Positions 11,461 through 25,844 of a stretch of 64,000 nucleotides of DNA are shown here, one piece after another. A program made the position numbers and the translations under genes. The notes under the pieces were generated by a model, which was given only the letters and a program-made list of their open reading frames with translations, made no database searches and was not told the origin of the DNA. Positions within the stretch are counted from its first letter, which is position 1. Each line of letters starts with the position of its first letter. Source of the DNA: Lama guanicoe (Eukaryota); NCBI GenBank assembly GCA_013239625.1, contig MU053881.1, positions 5,665,957-5,729,956 on the forward strand, given 5' to 3'.

Positions 11461-14400
11461 CTGCCTGCCATGCTGACTCTTCCCACAGGTACAGGGACCA
11501 TATTTTGTAAAGCACAATCAAGACAGTTGGTGTGAAAAAGGCTTTGATTTTCTCCTATGATTTGTGCATGTATTTATTTGTGAAACTTTACAGAGGCCTA
11601 AAATTCAGTCGCTTTTAGCCATACACTTAATAACGCATCTTTGGGGGAAATGATGAAATCATGCAGAATCAGTACTATCTTGGAAATCTGGGAAGTACTG
11701 TTACAATTACTAAAAAATACTAATTTGACGTAATTAGACCTGTAGCCTAACTATGGCAGGAACCAACTTAACCTCCTTGTATTAGGTATCCTGGTAGAAG
11801 GAGGCTGGTGACTGTTCATATTACCATTGAGCATCGTGATTTATGTTTTAGACAGGGACATTAGGATTTTCAAAGTCTTGTTCTTGTTTTAGCGAAGCTG
11901 GCGATTTCGACCTTTAACAGAATAAGCGGTGACTGTCATAAAAGATTTCCTCCTGTGTTGTATTGTTCTTCTTTGAATTAGTTGACAAAGGGGGAAAACC
12001 TGTTGGTCAAGAATGTGCTCCTTACCCTCAGTTAAGTTTCTGCTGATTGCAATTGCCTAACAGGAAGCTTGTCTTTGTAGGCAAATGAGAGACAAACCAG
12101 GAAGACCTGACAGGCCAGTAAGGTGTCTCTAACCTGGATCTTATTATTGTTTTAACAAAATTCAAAGATTGCAGCGTTTGGTGATGTCAGCAGGAAGCAT
12201 TTTTATGAAATTCTTTCTCAGGGTTAGTCAACAATGAAGACCTTCACAGACTGAAAGCTGTGAAGTAGACACAGTGGGATATTAACATGTAAATTAAAAA
12301 AAAAAAAGTCTGTGAGTAGAGAGATGTGCAAATATAAGTACAATGAATATAGGGAAACCATTCTCTAACAGCAAACCTCTGATCCACAGAAGAAAAAGAA
12401 AAATTAAGTGAGAACTGTGCTATTGAGAAAAAGGAACCTGAGAAATGTATTTTTATTTTCTTTAAGAGTTGAATTGAGAACACGTAACCAGTTTTGGGAA
12501 CTAATAATAAAATACATTTTGATTCTGTGAAATGATCTCTCTGGAGACTCAAAGAGAAAGGGGCAGATGACTGGAAGGACTCAGTCCTTCTACTCCTGCT
12601 CTGTGTCTTTGTGCCTCTAGCATAAGGCCTGCCACCAATTAGGCATTCAGTAAATGTTTATTTGAAGGAAAAGAGGGGAAAATTAGCTCACTAATACAAG
12701 AGAAAGGCCTGACAGTGCAAGAGGCTCGGAAATGAGTCCATTAGTCAAATTGTCATGGTTGTGTTTTGCTGTAATTGTTCAGCATTTTGGTCATGGCAGT
12801 GAGGTATACTTTGAAAAGTGGAGTGTATCACTTGAGCAGTTAACTGACTGCGAGTCGTAGCCCACTAGCTGCTTTGATCAGAATTGGATTTCCAGTTTAT
12901 TCTTAGGCTCTCAAGTAACGGAAGAAACTTGAGCACTTAATCTTTGCTTGAGATTTGACTTACGTAATGCCTTTAAGTTGAAAGTATAGGCTGTTTCCAC
13001 CGGACTATTATGGAGAGGTTAATCATTGACTGGTGGGTCTTTCAGTCAGTCATTTCAGTTTGCCTATAACATGAAAAATCAGAACATCTTTAGTTTTTAC
13101 CTGTGGACTATTTATTGACCAATTTTGGAGTTTTCAAATTCCTCGGTTTCAACTGGATTTGGGATTCTTTGTCCTAGACACATCTTCGCCACTAAACACA
13201 AAGTCTACTTGGGCAACATTATAATGTGTTTTGTTATAACATTAATATTGTGGGCCTTAGAATTGCATGGTTTTTGTTAAAGAAATGCTTTTTTAAGTGA
13301 CAACATCCAGAGAGTTGGCCCTTTCAGATTGGCTCAACAAGTTCAGTTGTATTTTAGTTTAGCTAGGCTGAAGTACTTACTCTTCCGTATTTTTGTGGTT
13401 CTCCATTCTGATGTCAGTTAACGTAGGACTTTTGAAAGGGCAGCTAGGTTTCTTCTGCCCCAAGAATCAAGGCATTTTTGATCCTTGGACTTGGGAAGCC
13501 ACAGTGCTCTGTGAAAAAGGCATGGGCTCTACCGCCTAGTAGATGTGGGACTTTGGGCAAGTTATTTCTTTTTATCTTTTTTGAGAATTAAATATGAGTC
13601 ATGAATGTAAACTGCCTGGCCCATTAGTATCCCTTAAATCAAGGTAGGTATTATAATTACTATCGGAACATTTTGGCAGTAGTCTGGCAGTTGAGGAAGT
13701 AGCAAATTTATATGGAAGCAGCTTCACAGTCTTTGGAATTTTCAGTTTTTATCTTTGTCATCCTGTTGAATGCTTTTTTTCTCTCGCTTATAGTGTATTT
13801 AGAATTAACAGTTTAGTGGAAGAGTTGGTGTGGTAATAAAAGAATGTTGATATAATGTGGACTGGGCTTATGTATTTAAAGGTGTCATCTAATAAATTGT
13901 TTATTATTCTTTATTATTTTCTCTAGTTTACCCAGTGATTGGCCATTGTGGGGATTGGCTTTTATTGAGTCAGAAGTTCACTCTTAAAATTATGCCATGT
14001 GTTTTAAAATGTCCTGTTGTTCAACCGAGGGTTGAAGGTTTGGGTGATATGTAGATTGATGTCTTATATGTAGAAACTAAAAAATTTCTTGTTAGGTGCT
14101 TAAATACATATCTTTAATTGGGAGATATTTGAGCCCTCCCATGTTAGTTTTGGTTGACAGACTTTCTGTGATAGTAGAGGAGCTGTCTTAGAAAATGGGT
14201 AATGAAGTTCACTGTAGCTGAATGGTCTGGGACAATTTCTGTGGATAATAGAGTAAGTTTTTAGCTGCTCTCATTTGGAGATTGCTTGATATTTATCATG
14301 AATAAATATTAATGTTAGGGGTGTTTCCTTCTTTGCTATGTAGAATTTCTTATCCTTCTCTGAACACAGAGGTGAGCAGTGCAGCTGCAGACCTTTTATA

Positions 14401-15159
14401 CCAAAGAGCTCACTCAGGGGTTGTAACTTTTTTTCTGTGCCTCAGATCCACCACTCCGTTGACCCTTCCTTCCATTTCTTGGTGGCTGTCCTTTGCCGCT
14501 GGTGCCATGGTGGGTGTATGGATTGCTTTCTGTCTTTCAACAGTTACCGAAGTGCATGTTTGGGATTTTGTTGAAGAAAGCTGGATACAGTAAACGGAAA
14601 GAATCTTGGAAGCTGCTTGACTGCTGTCTTTTCTCAGACTAGTCTGAAAGGGAATACCCCCATTCATTCTGGATTGGTGGATCTGAAGTACAAAATATTT
14701 TCCAGGTAAGCAATGACCCTGTATTGTTTTGTTATGTGGAACTCAACTCTCTGAGAGAAATATAAAGTTTCTTTACTTTTTTTTCCATTAATAGAGAAAG
14801 GAAGAAATATTCGATATTGTGCTTAGGGTTCATGTTTGGGTGTGGATTAGTGAAGGTATATGCTGGTAAAAACTTTGTTTCAGTGTAAGAAGTGCACTTA
14901 TTTTTGTTAAATAGGCCTAAATGGTTTGTAGTCACAGTCTGATAGGGAATACAGTATAGTGAACAAGGGAATTTTGTTTGAGGAATAGCTTGTAAAATAT
15001 AAAAACAATGATAATTTTGAGGCATTATCTTGTGATTTATAGTTAATACCTGGTCAAAATAATTCTTGTAGTTACCGTATAGGCTAGTGGTCTTTTATTC
15101 TTAGGACTCTCAGAGGGTCTTCTCAGGGAAATTGACCAGCCGTAGCTACTACAGTTACC

Positions 15160-15390
15160 TATTGACCACCTTCTAAGTGCCAGGAGCTTTTGTAGGCTCT
15201 TTACGCATATTTCTCATTCAGTTGGCACGTGCTTTACCGTAGTTTACAGTTAGTAAAATGAAGCTCATGATAATTAAATACGTACAAATTGCTTGGGATG
15301 ATTGTATGGTTAGTAAATGGCAGAGCCAAGTTTTAAGCTTAGGTCTGTGTGTCTCCATCTGCTCTGGGTCTTTCCGTATGACTACATTTC
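15160..15390 (-). mobile_element. MIR SINE
   Basis: 'attgaccacc...gtgccagg...gttagtaaatggcagagccaag...aggtctgtgtgtctcca' is reverse MIR. Confidence 0.7.
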
Positions 15391-16004
15391 CTGAGGTTTG
15401 TACTTCAACTTGGAGATTTTCATATTGTCTGTCTACTGTTAGAGCGAGGTATGGTTTTCTACAGCGGTTTCCACTTGGAGAACATGTGATAGAGCAGTAT
15501 CGGGCATGGTATTTTAATTATATCTGGTGCTCTCCCTACTTAATGAAAAGATAGAAGATCTTCAGTCAGTTCATCAAGTGAACCTAAAGGTAATTTAGGG
15601 AGTGTAAGGGAGGCCGTACATGTAAATGTCAAAATGTGTTTATGCAGGAAAGTATTTGGTCTAGTGAACTCAAACCTGTATTTTCTCAGTTCCTCCTTAG
15701 TTTTTATTGGTTATTTAAATAGCTCAGTAGCTTATTATGTAGACTTCTTTTGACCTGTGGTTTGTTAGCCTTACAAGTGACACATTGTCAGGCAACTCAT
15801 GACTTTTTCTGGTATTTCATCATTCCATGTTACCCATTTCCTTTACTCTTAAAAAAATTCTTTTTATCGTAGACTGACACTTCAACTTGGTGCTTGTTGT
15901 TTTATTTTAATTCTTTGTATTTGTTAATATTTCTCCTAGGTGAGCATTTTTCACACTTGCGACGTGAAGAGCTGTCAGGGTGGTGGTGGTAGTAAAAAAT
16001 AGTA

Positions 16005-16225
16005 GTAGTTAACGCTTACTGGGCACTTACTCCATATTGAGCACAATTCTGAACACTTCATATGTTTAAACTCATTTTATTTTCGTAGTAGGTACACTTA
16101 TTTCCACTTATGAGGAAGCTGAAGGGTAGAGTAGTTAACATGTCGCACATCTAGTAAGAGACAAAGATAAGTTACAAGTCCCGGCAGTCTGGCTTCAGAG
16201 GATGTGCTTCTAATGGCCGTGCCTC
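16005..16225 (-). mobile_element. MIR SINE
   Basis: 'taacgcttactgggcacttac...gaggaagctgaaggg...cacatctagtaag...ggcagtctggcttcagag'. Confidence 0.75.
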
Positions 16226-16447
16226 AAGTTTAGAGTGTCATCCAGTGATAAAAAGAGAGGCAGAAGCCCTGAAAGCTAAAAGTGTGTATTCTGATTTCAA
16301 GAAATTATTGCAAAGGGAAAGGAAACAATTGTTGAATATCTTATTTCTTACTTTCTGTAGCAGTCTGTGTTAGCTATCCAAGACTGCCTGCCCAGCTGTG
16401 TCTCAGGAGGACTTACAATAGGGTTAGTTTAAGGTTGTCTTCGAGAA

Positions 16448-16600
16448 CAATGCTGTCCAATTAAAACTTTCTATAATAAAGGAAATGTTCAGTATCTGTG
16501 CTATCCAATGTGGTAGCCACATGTGGATATTTTAAAATGTGGCTCTGAGGAACAGAATTTTTAATTTTAATTAATTTCAGTAGCCACACATACAGTTATA
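16448..16600. mobile_element. MER3-like hAT-Charlie MITE
   Basis: 'tgctgtccaatt-aaaactttct...ggaaatgttc-gtatctgtgctatccaatgtggtagccac...gaggaacagaattttta' matches MER3. Confidence 0.75.
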
Positions 16601-17489
16601 GAATTTACCTTATCCTATATTTGGTCCTGGATTTAACACTCTTAGAAATCTGATCAGCATACTGAAAGCAGCTCCTCATCCCAGAGTTGGACTTAAATTC
16701 GTTAACCAGCTGTGCAACAATGATGTGTAAAGCCAGAATTCCAGTTTATTAATTTACAATGATGTGTGTGTGTTGGCATGATTATTATAAACTTTTCTGA
16801 TATGTAGATTTTCTTACTAGGTCCTACTTAATATGCCACTCGTAGTTTTTCAAATAACAGTAGTTAGAGGGACCTGAAGACTCAAGTCAAATGACTGGAA
16901 TATTCTCTTCCTGTAGGTCAACTTTACCTATCAGGTCAGATCATAGTCAGGTGGTTTAGTTAGCATGAACTTGACCTGGGAGGTGACTTTTTTTGTCGAC
17001 CTTGGAGGGGCTAAGGAGCTGAGACAACCTCATTCAGTTTTCAGTTTAGGGGTGGATGGTTTTTCCCTCTTCCTTCAGCTTCTCCATTTGCTTTTACTTG
17101 CCAGATCCTTTTCTGATCACAGCATTCATTTCAAACATGTTAATACATTCAGCTTGAACTCACCCTTGTCTTATAGATCTGGGAAGCCCTTTGTTTTCCT
17201 TAAGGTTCCTTTATTACTGTTATGATCCGTTTTGTGTTCATTTTTGATTCTAAGAAGGCAGTTGAATTTGCTTTCCTGTGGCCTCTTTTACTGAAACACA
17301 CTTACTGGTGTATTTAATTTAGTCATATAGTGTGGGGTAGACTAGGAACATATCATAAAAATATCTGGTGGTATACTCTTTTTGCATTATATCATGTTAA
17401 ATGGCCTTGTTTTTAGCTTACTATAGCATTACTTTTGGATTTGGTCTTCATTCTTCTCTTCTTAAAGTACAAAGTAACGTAAGCAGACT

Positions 17490-18060
17490 TGGATTTTAAG
17501 AAGTTAACTTTTCAGTTGTGTGCAAGATCTTTTGAAGAGACTGAAGTCAGGAGGACCAGTTAGTTCAAGTGAGCAGTGATGAAGGGCAAAGCAAAGCATT
17601 GACAGTGGCCATGATGGGGGTGGCGTGTTGGGGGTTCGCTTTCTACAGAACTTGGGGATTGGTTATAAGAGTAAGAGATGGATAGAATATAGTATGAATT
17701 TTAGATTTTTGCCTTGGGCTTTAGAATGGATATTTGTTCTCTTTTCCATAATAGGGAACACTAAAAGAACAGATTAAGGGGGAGTAGGGGTGGGGAGGAG
17801 TGAGAGAATGAGTTCAGTTTATAATGAATTTGAGTTGCTTATGGGTGACTCCTCTAAAATAAGTTCTCTGGTAGGAATGTTGATCTGGAGCTCACCAGAG
17901 CAGGAATGGAAAGATTTGGGAGTTTTTATTTTAGCTTTAGTGGTAGCTGACTTTACTTAGTGGAGTTATAAGGTTGCTCACAGTGAAGATTGGGGAATCT
18001 CAACCTGTGTATGGAAATGCTAATGTAAAGGAATGGCTACAGCTAAGGTTATGGGGTCAT
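17490..18060 (-). mobile_element. L2 fragment
   Basis: Purine-rich reverse L2 motifs such as 'ggaggaccagttag', 'gagttcagttt...gaatttgagttgctt', 'ctggagctca...agatttgggagt'. Confidence 0.6.
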
Positions 18061-18729
18061 GTGTGATGTTGATCAAGAGGTATTACCACTCCTTTTCATC
18101 TTGATCTGGGAACTGTTACAAACCTATTCCCAGGCAGCAAATTAGCCCATTATGTTTGGGTTGTGATTTTTCCACTGTAATGGTTTGTTGAATTAATAGA
18201 GGTACAGTTTTTGAAATGTGTTTTTTAAAGCACCATGTTGTTACTACACATCTTATGTACGTTTATCAAATTCATCTCTTTGCATCTGGTGACAAACAAG
18301 GGAGAAGTAAGCTAAACAGTGAACGTTCTGGATCAAGCGTGAAATGGGAAATGGAAATTTGCTCTTCTTTCAGCCTGTCTTAGTCTAGCTGTGATGAATG
18401 TGATTATGGTATTGTAAAGAAACGTTTTTTAACATTACAACATGAGGCCTGAGTACAAACCAGCTGTTTAATCCACTAGTCAGTTGAGGAGACACTGAAC
18501 TGTTCAAGTGCTGGAGTGAAAATGAGCTGTGTAGGAATTATTGAGATGATGTTTTGGTCCAGTGTGGCTTATGTTTAAAATTTTTACTGTATACTGTTTT
18601 CACCTTATGTACTGACTTCAGACCCTAATTCCCAGGCGAGCTGTAACTACTATAATTAGGTTTTGGTAATGAAAGCATGGAGATGTGAAGACTTCATTAC
18701 AGCTACAATCAATACTTCACAGAAAACTT

Positions 18730-20910
18730 TTTTGAATATATTATGTATGTCTATGATACAAAATTCATAAGGTGCAAAAAGGAGTACACAGTAAGGAAAA
18801 GCATTTCGCGTTCTTTTTAGCTCCAGCTACTCAACCACATTCTTGTGTAGTCTTCATATATATGTGTGGATGCTGTACACATTATTCTGCACCTTGATTT
18901 TTTTTTAATGTGAAATATGACATGGTCATCTTTAATATTAGTTCCCAAAGAGCTCTCATATTTTTTTGAAGAGCTAGCCTAAAAGATGCATGCTGATTTA
19001 TTGTATGTGCTGTAATTTGTGATGTCAGTCTGGGCTGATACACATAGAGATTATTTGCATCCAGTCTTTTGCTGTTATACACAGTGCTGTAAAAAATAAC
19101 CTGATGTGTATGTATGTAATTTCACATATGGAGGAGTGTATCTTCAGGACAGATTCCTGGGAGTAAATGTCATTGGATAGGCGCTTTAAAAGTCTGATAG
19201 ACATTGCCGTGTTGTCCTCTGGTCACGTTGCAACAATTTATACTCTCAGAGGTTTTGCTTAAGAGTACTCTATTTCCTGACACTGATGGTGTTACATGGA
19301 TTTTTAAGCTGGTTGCTTTTTGAATTGCTCTTCTCTTTTTTACCCCTTAACTTTTTATTATGAAGAATTTCAGAGAGAGAGAGAGGAAAAAACAGTACAA
19401 CAAACACCTGTACTCTCACCACCTAGACTCAGCAGTTGTTAACATTTTGTCATGTTTGTACGACTTCTCTCTTAGTTCCCTTGGTCCTCCCTTCCCTCCC
19501 CTCAAGCCTCCTCCTCCTCCTTCCTGGCCTTCTCTCTCCAAGTACATACCCTTTTTTGTTGTCAAACATTTTGAATGTTAGTTGCAAACATGATACTTTA
19601 TCCTCTGAACATTTCAATGTGTGTCTCCTAAGAATAAGAGTAGTCTCTCTCTAAAAGCACACACACACATACACACACACACACACACATACACACCGTA
19701 TATATAGTATGTATCTCCATGTATAACCAAATATATATAGTCATATATTTTATACATGTTTAAAACCACAATACTATTTTTACGTCTGAGAAACTGAAAG
19801 TAATTCCATAATACACTAACAAATATTTAGTTAAATTTTAAATTCCTCAATTGTCCCAGGAATGCCTTTTCTAGCACTTCTCTTTAAAAAACAAAAACAG
19901 GGTCCAAACAAAATACACCCTTTGAATTTGGTTGTGATGTCTCTTTTAATTTCTTTTCATTTTGAACAGTCCTGCCTTTTTCCCTCTTCTTCCAGAATTG
20001 ATTTTTCTTTTTTAAGAGTCCAGGTCAGTTAGTTGTCCTGTAGGATGTGCAACATTCTTTACTTGTTTAACTATTTCCTCATGGTGTTATTTAACTTGTT
20101 TCTCTAGCTCCTGTACTTCCTGTAAACTCGAAGTTATGTGAGAGGTTTGATTGCAGCCCGTTTAAACATTTTGACAAGAATGCTTCATCATAGGTGAAGT
20201 GTACTTTGCGTTGAGTCATGTCAGGAAGCACCTAATGACGGGTTACCCCATTAAGAGCTGTGCCAAATCTGACCCCTTGACTAAGGTGGCAACAGCTAGA
20301 TCTCTCCATTATCAAGGTACGGTTTTATCCTGTTATTAGAATGGAATCTATGGGACAATATTTTGGTACCTTGTGAATATCCTGTTCCATTACAGCCTTT
20401 CACCCAGAGGTTTCAGCATCCTGATCCTGAAATCAGTTATTACAATATAAGTTACAAAATTGTGGTTTTCTGTCATTCCATTTACTAGTTAGCATTCACA
20501 GAGGCCATCCCTGTTTCTCCTCCTTCCTTTTGTGTATCACCATACTCTCTCTCATGGACTTTTATTTGTTCAGTGTGTTAACACTCAATTACAATCTTAC
20601 ACTAATGCTCAGATTGTCCCAGATTTGGCTAATGAGAGCCCCTTCAAAAAGGAAGCAGGTGTGAACCCATCAGTTCTGGTTTGTTTCTTGGCTTTCTACT
20701 TGCCCTGCATATTGGGAATCCAACCATTTCTCTAAGAAGCTGTGGTTCCTTTTAGTGGAGAATGGTGTTTGGAAACCAAAAATCAACACTATTGGTTTGT
20801 CGTTGCTTCTAAACCCTTCCAGTGGACAGAACTAAGTATATTTTAAAAACAACCGTGAGTTCGTGTTAGTTCTGATTCAAACTTAATATTACAGGAATAT
20901 TTTTCTAAAC
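18730..20910 (-). mobile_element. Old L1 (L1MC/L1ME-type) 3' region fragments
   Basis: T-rich antisense L1 3'UTR motifs: 'ttattatgaagaatttc', 'cagattgtcccagatttggc', 'gttcctttta gtggagaatggtgtttggaaacc'. Confidence 0.7.
19658..19696. repeat. Interrupted (CA)n microsatellite
   Basis: CA repeat with two TA interruptions, followed by a TA-rich tract. Confidence 0.9.
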
Positions 20911-22694
20911 TTGTTAGACTTTGATTCTCAAAAGTCTGTGTAGTGGCCATCTAGTTGAGGTGCTCATTGTTATGCAGATAAGCAGATAAATAACTTCATA
21001 ATTGAGCATATATTTGAACAGGTACTGTTTGGTAACCTGTTTTACCTGTGGTAAATAAAAAGAACAGAATTAGATGTGTACCTTGCTTTCAGAATCTTGC
21101 AGTCTTTTACATAAAAAAGTGTAATATAATGTGAAAACTGGTAAGGATCATAAGAGGTAGACATAAAGTGTGTGGGAGCTAGAAAAGGAAGGGAATTTCA
21201 TAAAGGAAATTTTTATAAAGTTAACTCTTTGAGGTCTGAGCAAAAATTAGACATGAATGTGGATGTGTTGTGGCAGAGGGAGGAATTTCCTAGCAAAGGT
21301 AACTGAGAGAACGACAGCTGTCAGGCAGTGGTGTATATTGTCTGTCAGGAGGGACAAGTAAGTAGTTCTGTGGATTGTTGGAATGTAGTTTGCATGAAGG
21401 GATTGAGGTAGATAAATCTGCAAAGAGATTATGACCAGATCTTGGCCATATCCTATCCTTTTAGGTCATAAGTTACACATAAGTAGCCTATGGATAGATT
21501 GAGATGCACGGATGTTTTTTATTTGATCTGCATAGATTTAAAAAAAATTAAGACATTCAATGTCAAAACACTAATTTGGCCTTCCCTGAAAATTGGAGCT
21601 GAGTAGTGGCTGCCTTTTTGAGTCAAGGCTTGTACTTTTCCTGGTCACCAGGAAAGGCCTTCTTTACTTTTGAACTTGTCATCACTGCAGGAGAGGAAAG
21701 GTGAGGATGGTGGGTATGGTTTGAGAAGAGAGGTGACTTGAAAGTTTGAGCAAAATCTCTTTTTTTCAAAGAGATTTTGAAAGCTTTAGAAAGGTCATTC
21801 TGGCAGTCAGTTTGGAGGATACACTGGAGCAGGGAGACCAATTAATAGACTGTTGGAATGTTCCAGGGAAGAAATCACAAGATAGTAACAGATGGTGCGG
21901 AAGGGGAGGAAATGAGACATTTTAAATGTAGAATGGGTAGGTTGTATTGGTAGAGATGAGTATGTGTGTGTATGTATTAATGAGAATGTAAATCAGACTC
22001 TATTAAAACATGAAATCCTGTTTCTAAAATGCTTTGCATTTGTAAATCAGTTTCTGGAAGTTAGCTACCTGTTTTTATAATCTATTGGTTAATTTTGGAA
22101 GACAGTAGTAATAGTTTCATGCATTGTCACTGTGTTTAGTTTTACAATATGCAAATAACATGCTTCAACAAAGTAACTCTGACACGGCTTTCTCTCTGAA
22201 AGTTGTATATATGAATAATGTGATTTTTAAAACCACTTTTTTTATAATTATGGAAGTAAGTTTTCAAGCAAAAATATTAGCAATACTAATACTTGTTTTC
22301 AGAGTGCTGGCTGCTTGTGTTTAATTTTCCCCACAGTCTGTGCAAGAATTTAATCACAAGGATAATGAATCAACAAGGGACTGTCCCATAGATTTAACAT
22401 TATACCTTTATTAAAACCATCCATAGTGTTCTTAATAAGTATTTTGGAAATTCTCCCTGTCTGGTTGGGACATGACTTTATCCTGTCCCACTGCCAATGC
22501 CATTTACTGTAGATGTTTAGTAGCACTGCCAGCTCAGATGATCTGAGGGAGACGGACGTGAAGAAAATGTAAATGAATAGACTGGGAATGAAAGTGACTC
22601 ACACTGGCAGGAGCCACACCTGGATACTGGACTGTGTAATAAAACTTCCAGCTTCAATGAATGGACAAAGATTGGCTTAAGGGCATTTGTATAC

Positions 22695-25200
22695 CTTTTT
22701 TATTGTGTTTAACTTACATATAGTATAGGACACAAATCTTAAGTGTACAGCTCAATGAATTTTTACATGTGTGTACACAACACTGTGCAACCACTACCCA
22801 AATCAAGATACGGAACACTCTAGAGCCCCTTGGGGGCTTTCTCCTATCTGTGCCTCACCCAGTCAGAACCCTCCCATAGGTCTGTTCTGGCCTTTTTTAA
22901 CTATAGGTTGGTTAGGGCTATTTTTAGATTTTGTATGAATGGAATTATACAGCATATAATCCTGTGTTTTTCACCCCCATTCATTATTATATCTGTGAAA
23001 TTCATCCATTTTGTTGTGTGTAACTAATTTTTCCCCCTGTGCAGTGGTTTATTTTACTGTTGATGAATTAGCTGGGTTGTTTCTAATTTGGGGCTATTAT
23101 TATGAATAACATTTTTAAGGTGGATATAAACACTTGATTTTCTTGGTTATAAAAACCCCAGAGTGGAATTACGGGGTCAGTGGGTAGGCGTATGTTTAGT
23201 TTCTGTAGATTCTGCTAAAGTGTTTTCCAAGCGCTGTGCCTGCTAACATGCCCACCTCATGTGGAGAGTTCCAGTTATCACTTGGTTTTGCCAGTCCTTT
23301 CCGTTTTACCCAATCTGATAAGTGTGCACTGGTATCTGTATTGTAGTTTTGTTTGTTTTTTTATCGAATCAGCTTAATGATGTATGTTTACATGCAATAA
23401 AATATTCTCATTTCAAGTATACTGTTTGAGTTTTGAAAACTGTATACACTCATGTAACCTCTGCCACAATTGAGACGTAGAACATTTCTACCCCGACAAA
23501 TTCCCTCATTCCCTTTTGCCATCCCCTCACCAGCATCCTTGGTCTTAACTTGCTTTCCATAACTGTAGATGAGTTGTGCGCGGTCTAGAATTTCACGTAG
23601 ATGGAGTGGTACAGCATGCATATTCCACACGCACTCTTACTGTGTTTTGCTTATTTTGCCCATCATGTTTTTGTGATTCATTCTTGTCGTATCAGTTGTT
23701 CTTTTCCTTTTCATTGTTTAGCATTACTACGTTATATGAGTATACAACAGTGTTGTTTATCCATTCTCCTGCTGATGAATATTTGGGTTGTTTTCAGTGT
23801 TTGTTATAAATAAAGCTTGATGAACATTTGTGTTCAGATTGTTGTTTGGACATTTCTCTTGAGTATACCTAGGAGTGGAAGTGCTGGGCTAAAGTGTATA
23901 CGTATGTTTAGTTTTTCAGGCAACTGCCAGATCTTTTCCCAGAGTGCCTGTACATTCTTAGAGTTCCTTCGACAATATGTGAGAGTTCCAGTTGCTCTAG
24001 ATACTCATCAGCACTGGATATTGTCATTCAATTTAGCCATTCTGATACGTGTGAAGTAGTATCTTGTTTTAATTTGTGTTTCCCTAATGACTAATAACAG
24101 CTTTTTTTCTCATGCCCATTGACCATTTGGATATCTTATTTACAGAAGTGACTGTTGAAATTTTTGACCCTTTTAAAAAATTACTGTATTTTTCTTACTG
24201 AGTTGTGGGAGTTCTTTGCCAGATACACATATTGCAGACACCTCCTGTTCTGTGGCTTGCTTTTTCAATGTCTTAATATTGTCTCTTGATGGACAGAAGG
24301 TCTTAATACTAATAAAGTCAAATTAATCAATTTTTTTCTTTCATAGTTACTGGTTTTTGTGTCCTGTTTATAAAATTTTTGCCTACTCTGAGGTCTTAAG
24401 GATATTCCGTGTTTTCTTCTAGAAGCTTTATAGTTTTTACTATCTCAAAATAATTGTTTTTTATGGTTGTAGTCCATATTTATTATAGAAAGTAATCCAT
24501 ATTTATTATAGAAAAATTGAAAATTAAAATTATATAAAGTAAGAAACAAAAAGAATAAAAAAGTTCCCCGATAACTGCTATTAATATTTGATATACTTCT
24601 TTTCCTTCAGATACATACTTTTTTCTTTCATGTATGTTTTATATTTGTTTTTCACACATAAACTTATTTTGCAAGCTTCCTTGAAAACTCAGCAATATTT
24701 GTGACATCTCTCTGAACCATCATATATTTCTTTATAATATTTTGAAGGGGTGCTTAATATGCATGAATGTGCAAATGGCTAACTAGTTAAACTACTTCTT
24801 TATTAGACTTTCAAGTTATTTCTAATTTATAGCAACTTAAAGCTGGGTTACTCTTTCTCGTAGTGTAATCTTTGAACGAATCTGTGAGTTTTACCGTGGG
24901 GTGAGTTCTAAGAGGTGGAATTGTTGGGTCAGAGGGTGTACACATTTTTAAGAGCTTGTGTATTTTATGTAGCCAAAGGTTTTGCCCACTTTCTGTTGTC
25001 TATGTGAACATGACATGTCAGATCAACCATATTCTGTGAAACTGCTGTTTTCTTCATGTTTGTGCCATTTTAAAGTATTAATTTCTTTATAAATCCCAAT
25101 TTAGTTAAAGAATTAAAAATTACTAAAAATTATTTCTTTAATTGCTAGTGACAGCGGACATATTTTTCTTATGTGTTTGGCTATTTATGTGTCTTTGTGA
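22695..25200 (-). mobile_element. Nested old L1 (L1MB/L1ME-type) 3' fragments
   Basis: 'cacaaatcttaagtgtacagctcaatgaattttt', 'gagtatacctaggagtggaagtgctggg', 'gagagttccagttgctc'; minus-strand similarity to the ORF2 C-terminus. Confidence 0.8.
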
Positions 25201-25844
25201 AGAAAGGGAAATGTTTAGATTAGCTGTCGTTCTCCTCTGCTGATTTTAGATTCAGGTGCATTTGGTGTGACGGAAGGAAGTCACCAGGGTGAGGAACTTC
25301 TGAGTTTGCTGTGGGTGGGGCAGCGCTGCCCTTTTGTGATTGAAATGGCCATTTTTGTTGGAAGCCAGCTGCAGGAGTATCTGCTTTCTTTAGTGGACTG
25401 TCCATGGCGGACATAAGCCAGGCCTCTGCTCTGGCTGGCCCCTGGCTGCAATGCAGGCGCTCTTAATGGAGCACTCGAGGATCAGTCATGCCTGGCCTCA
25501 CTGACAGCTTTGGGGACACTCACTCCTATCAGCCTTTGCTGCTTTGAGCTGGGAGGTGAGATTCTGCTGGAAATTCCTTCCACTTCTCAGGTAGACTTTT
25601 ATTTGATTACACGCAGTGAACCCTATTTCCAGTCCTTTTTTTTTTCCCTCTCATATTTTTAGAGGTTCCTTGAAATGTCTTATCTGTGTGGAGAGCAACC
25701 TAGGCAGGCTTCCAGGGCCATTGCCTTCTATTTTGATACTCCTTTGATGATTTCAGTTGCACAGTCAGAAACTCCAGCCTTAACACTTCTGTTTTCCTCT
25801 TGAGTCTTGTCTAGTTTTGCTCTTTTTCACCCTGGCTTTCTGTA

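Noticed and set aside
25320..25343. CTCF-like motif
   Set aside because: Several mismatches at core positions.
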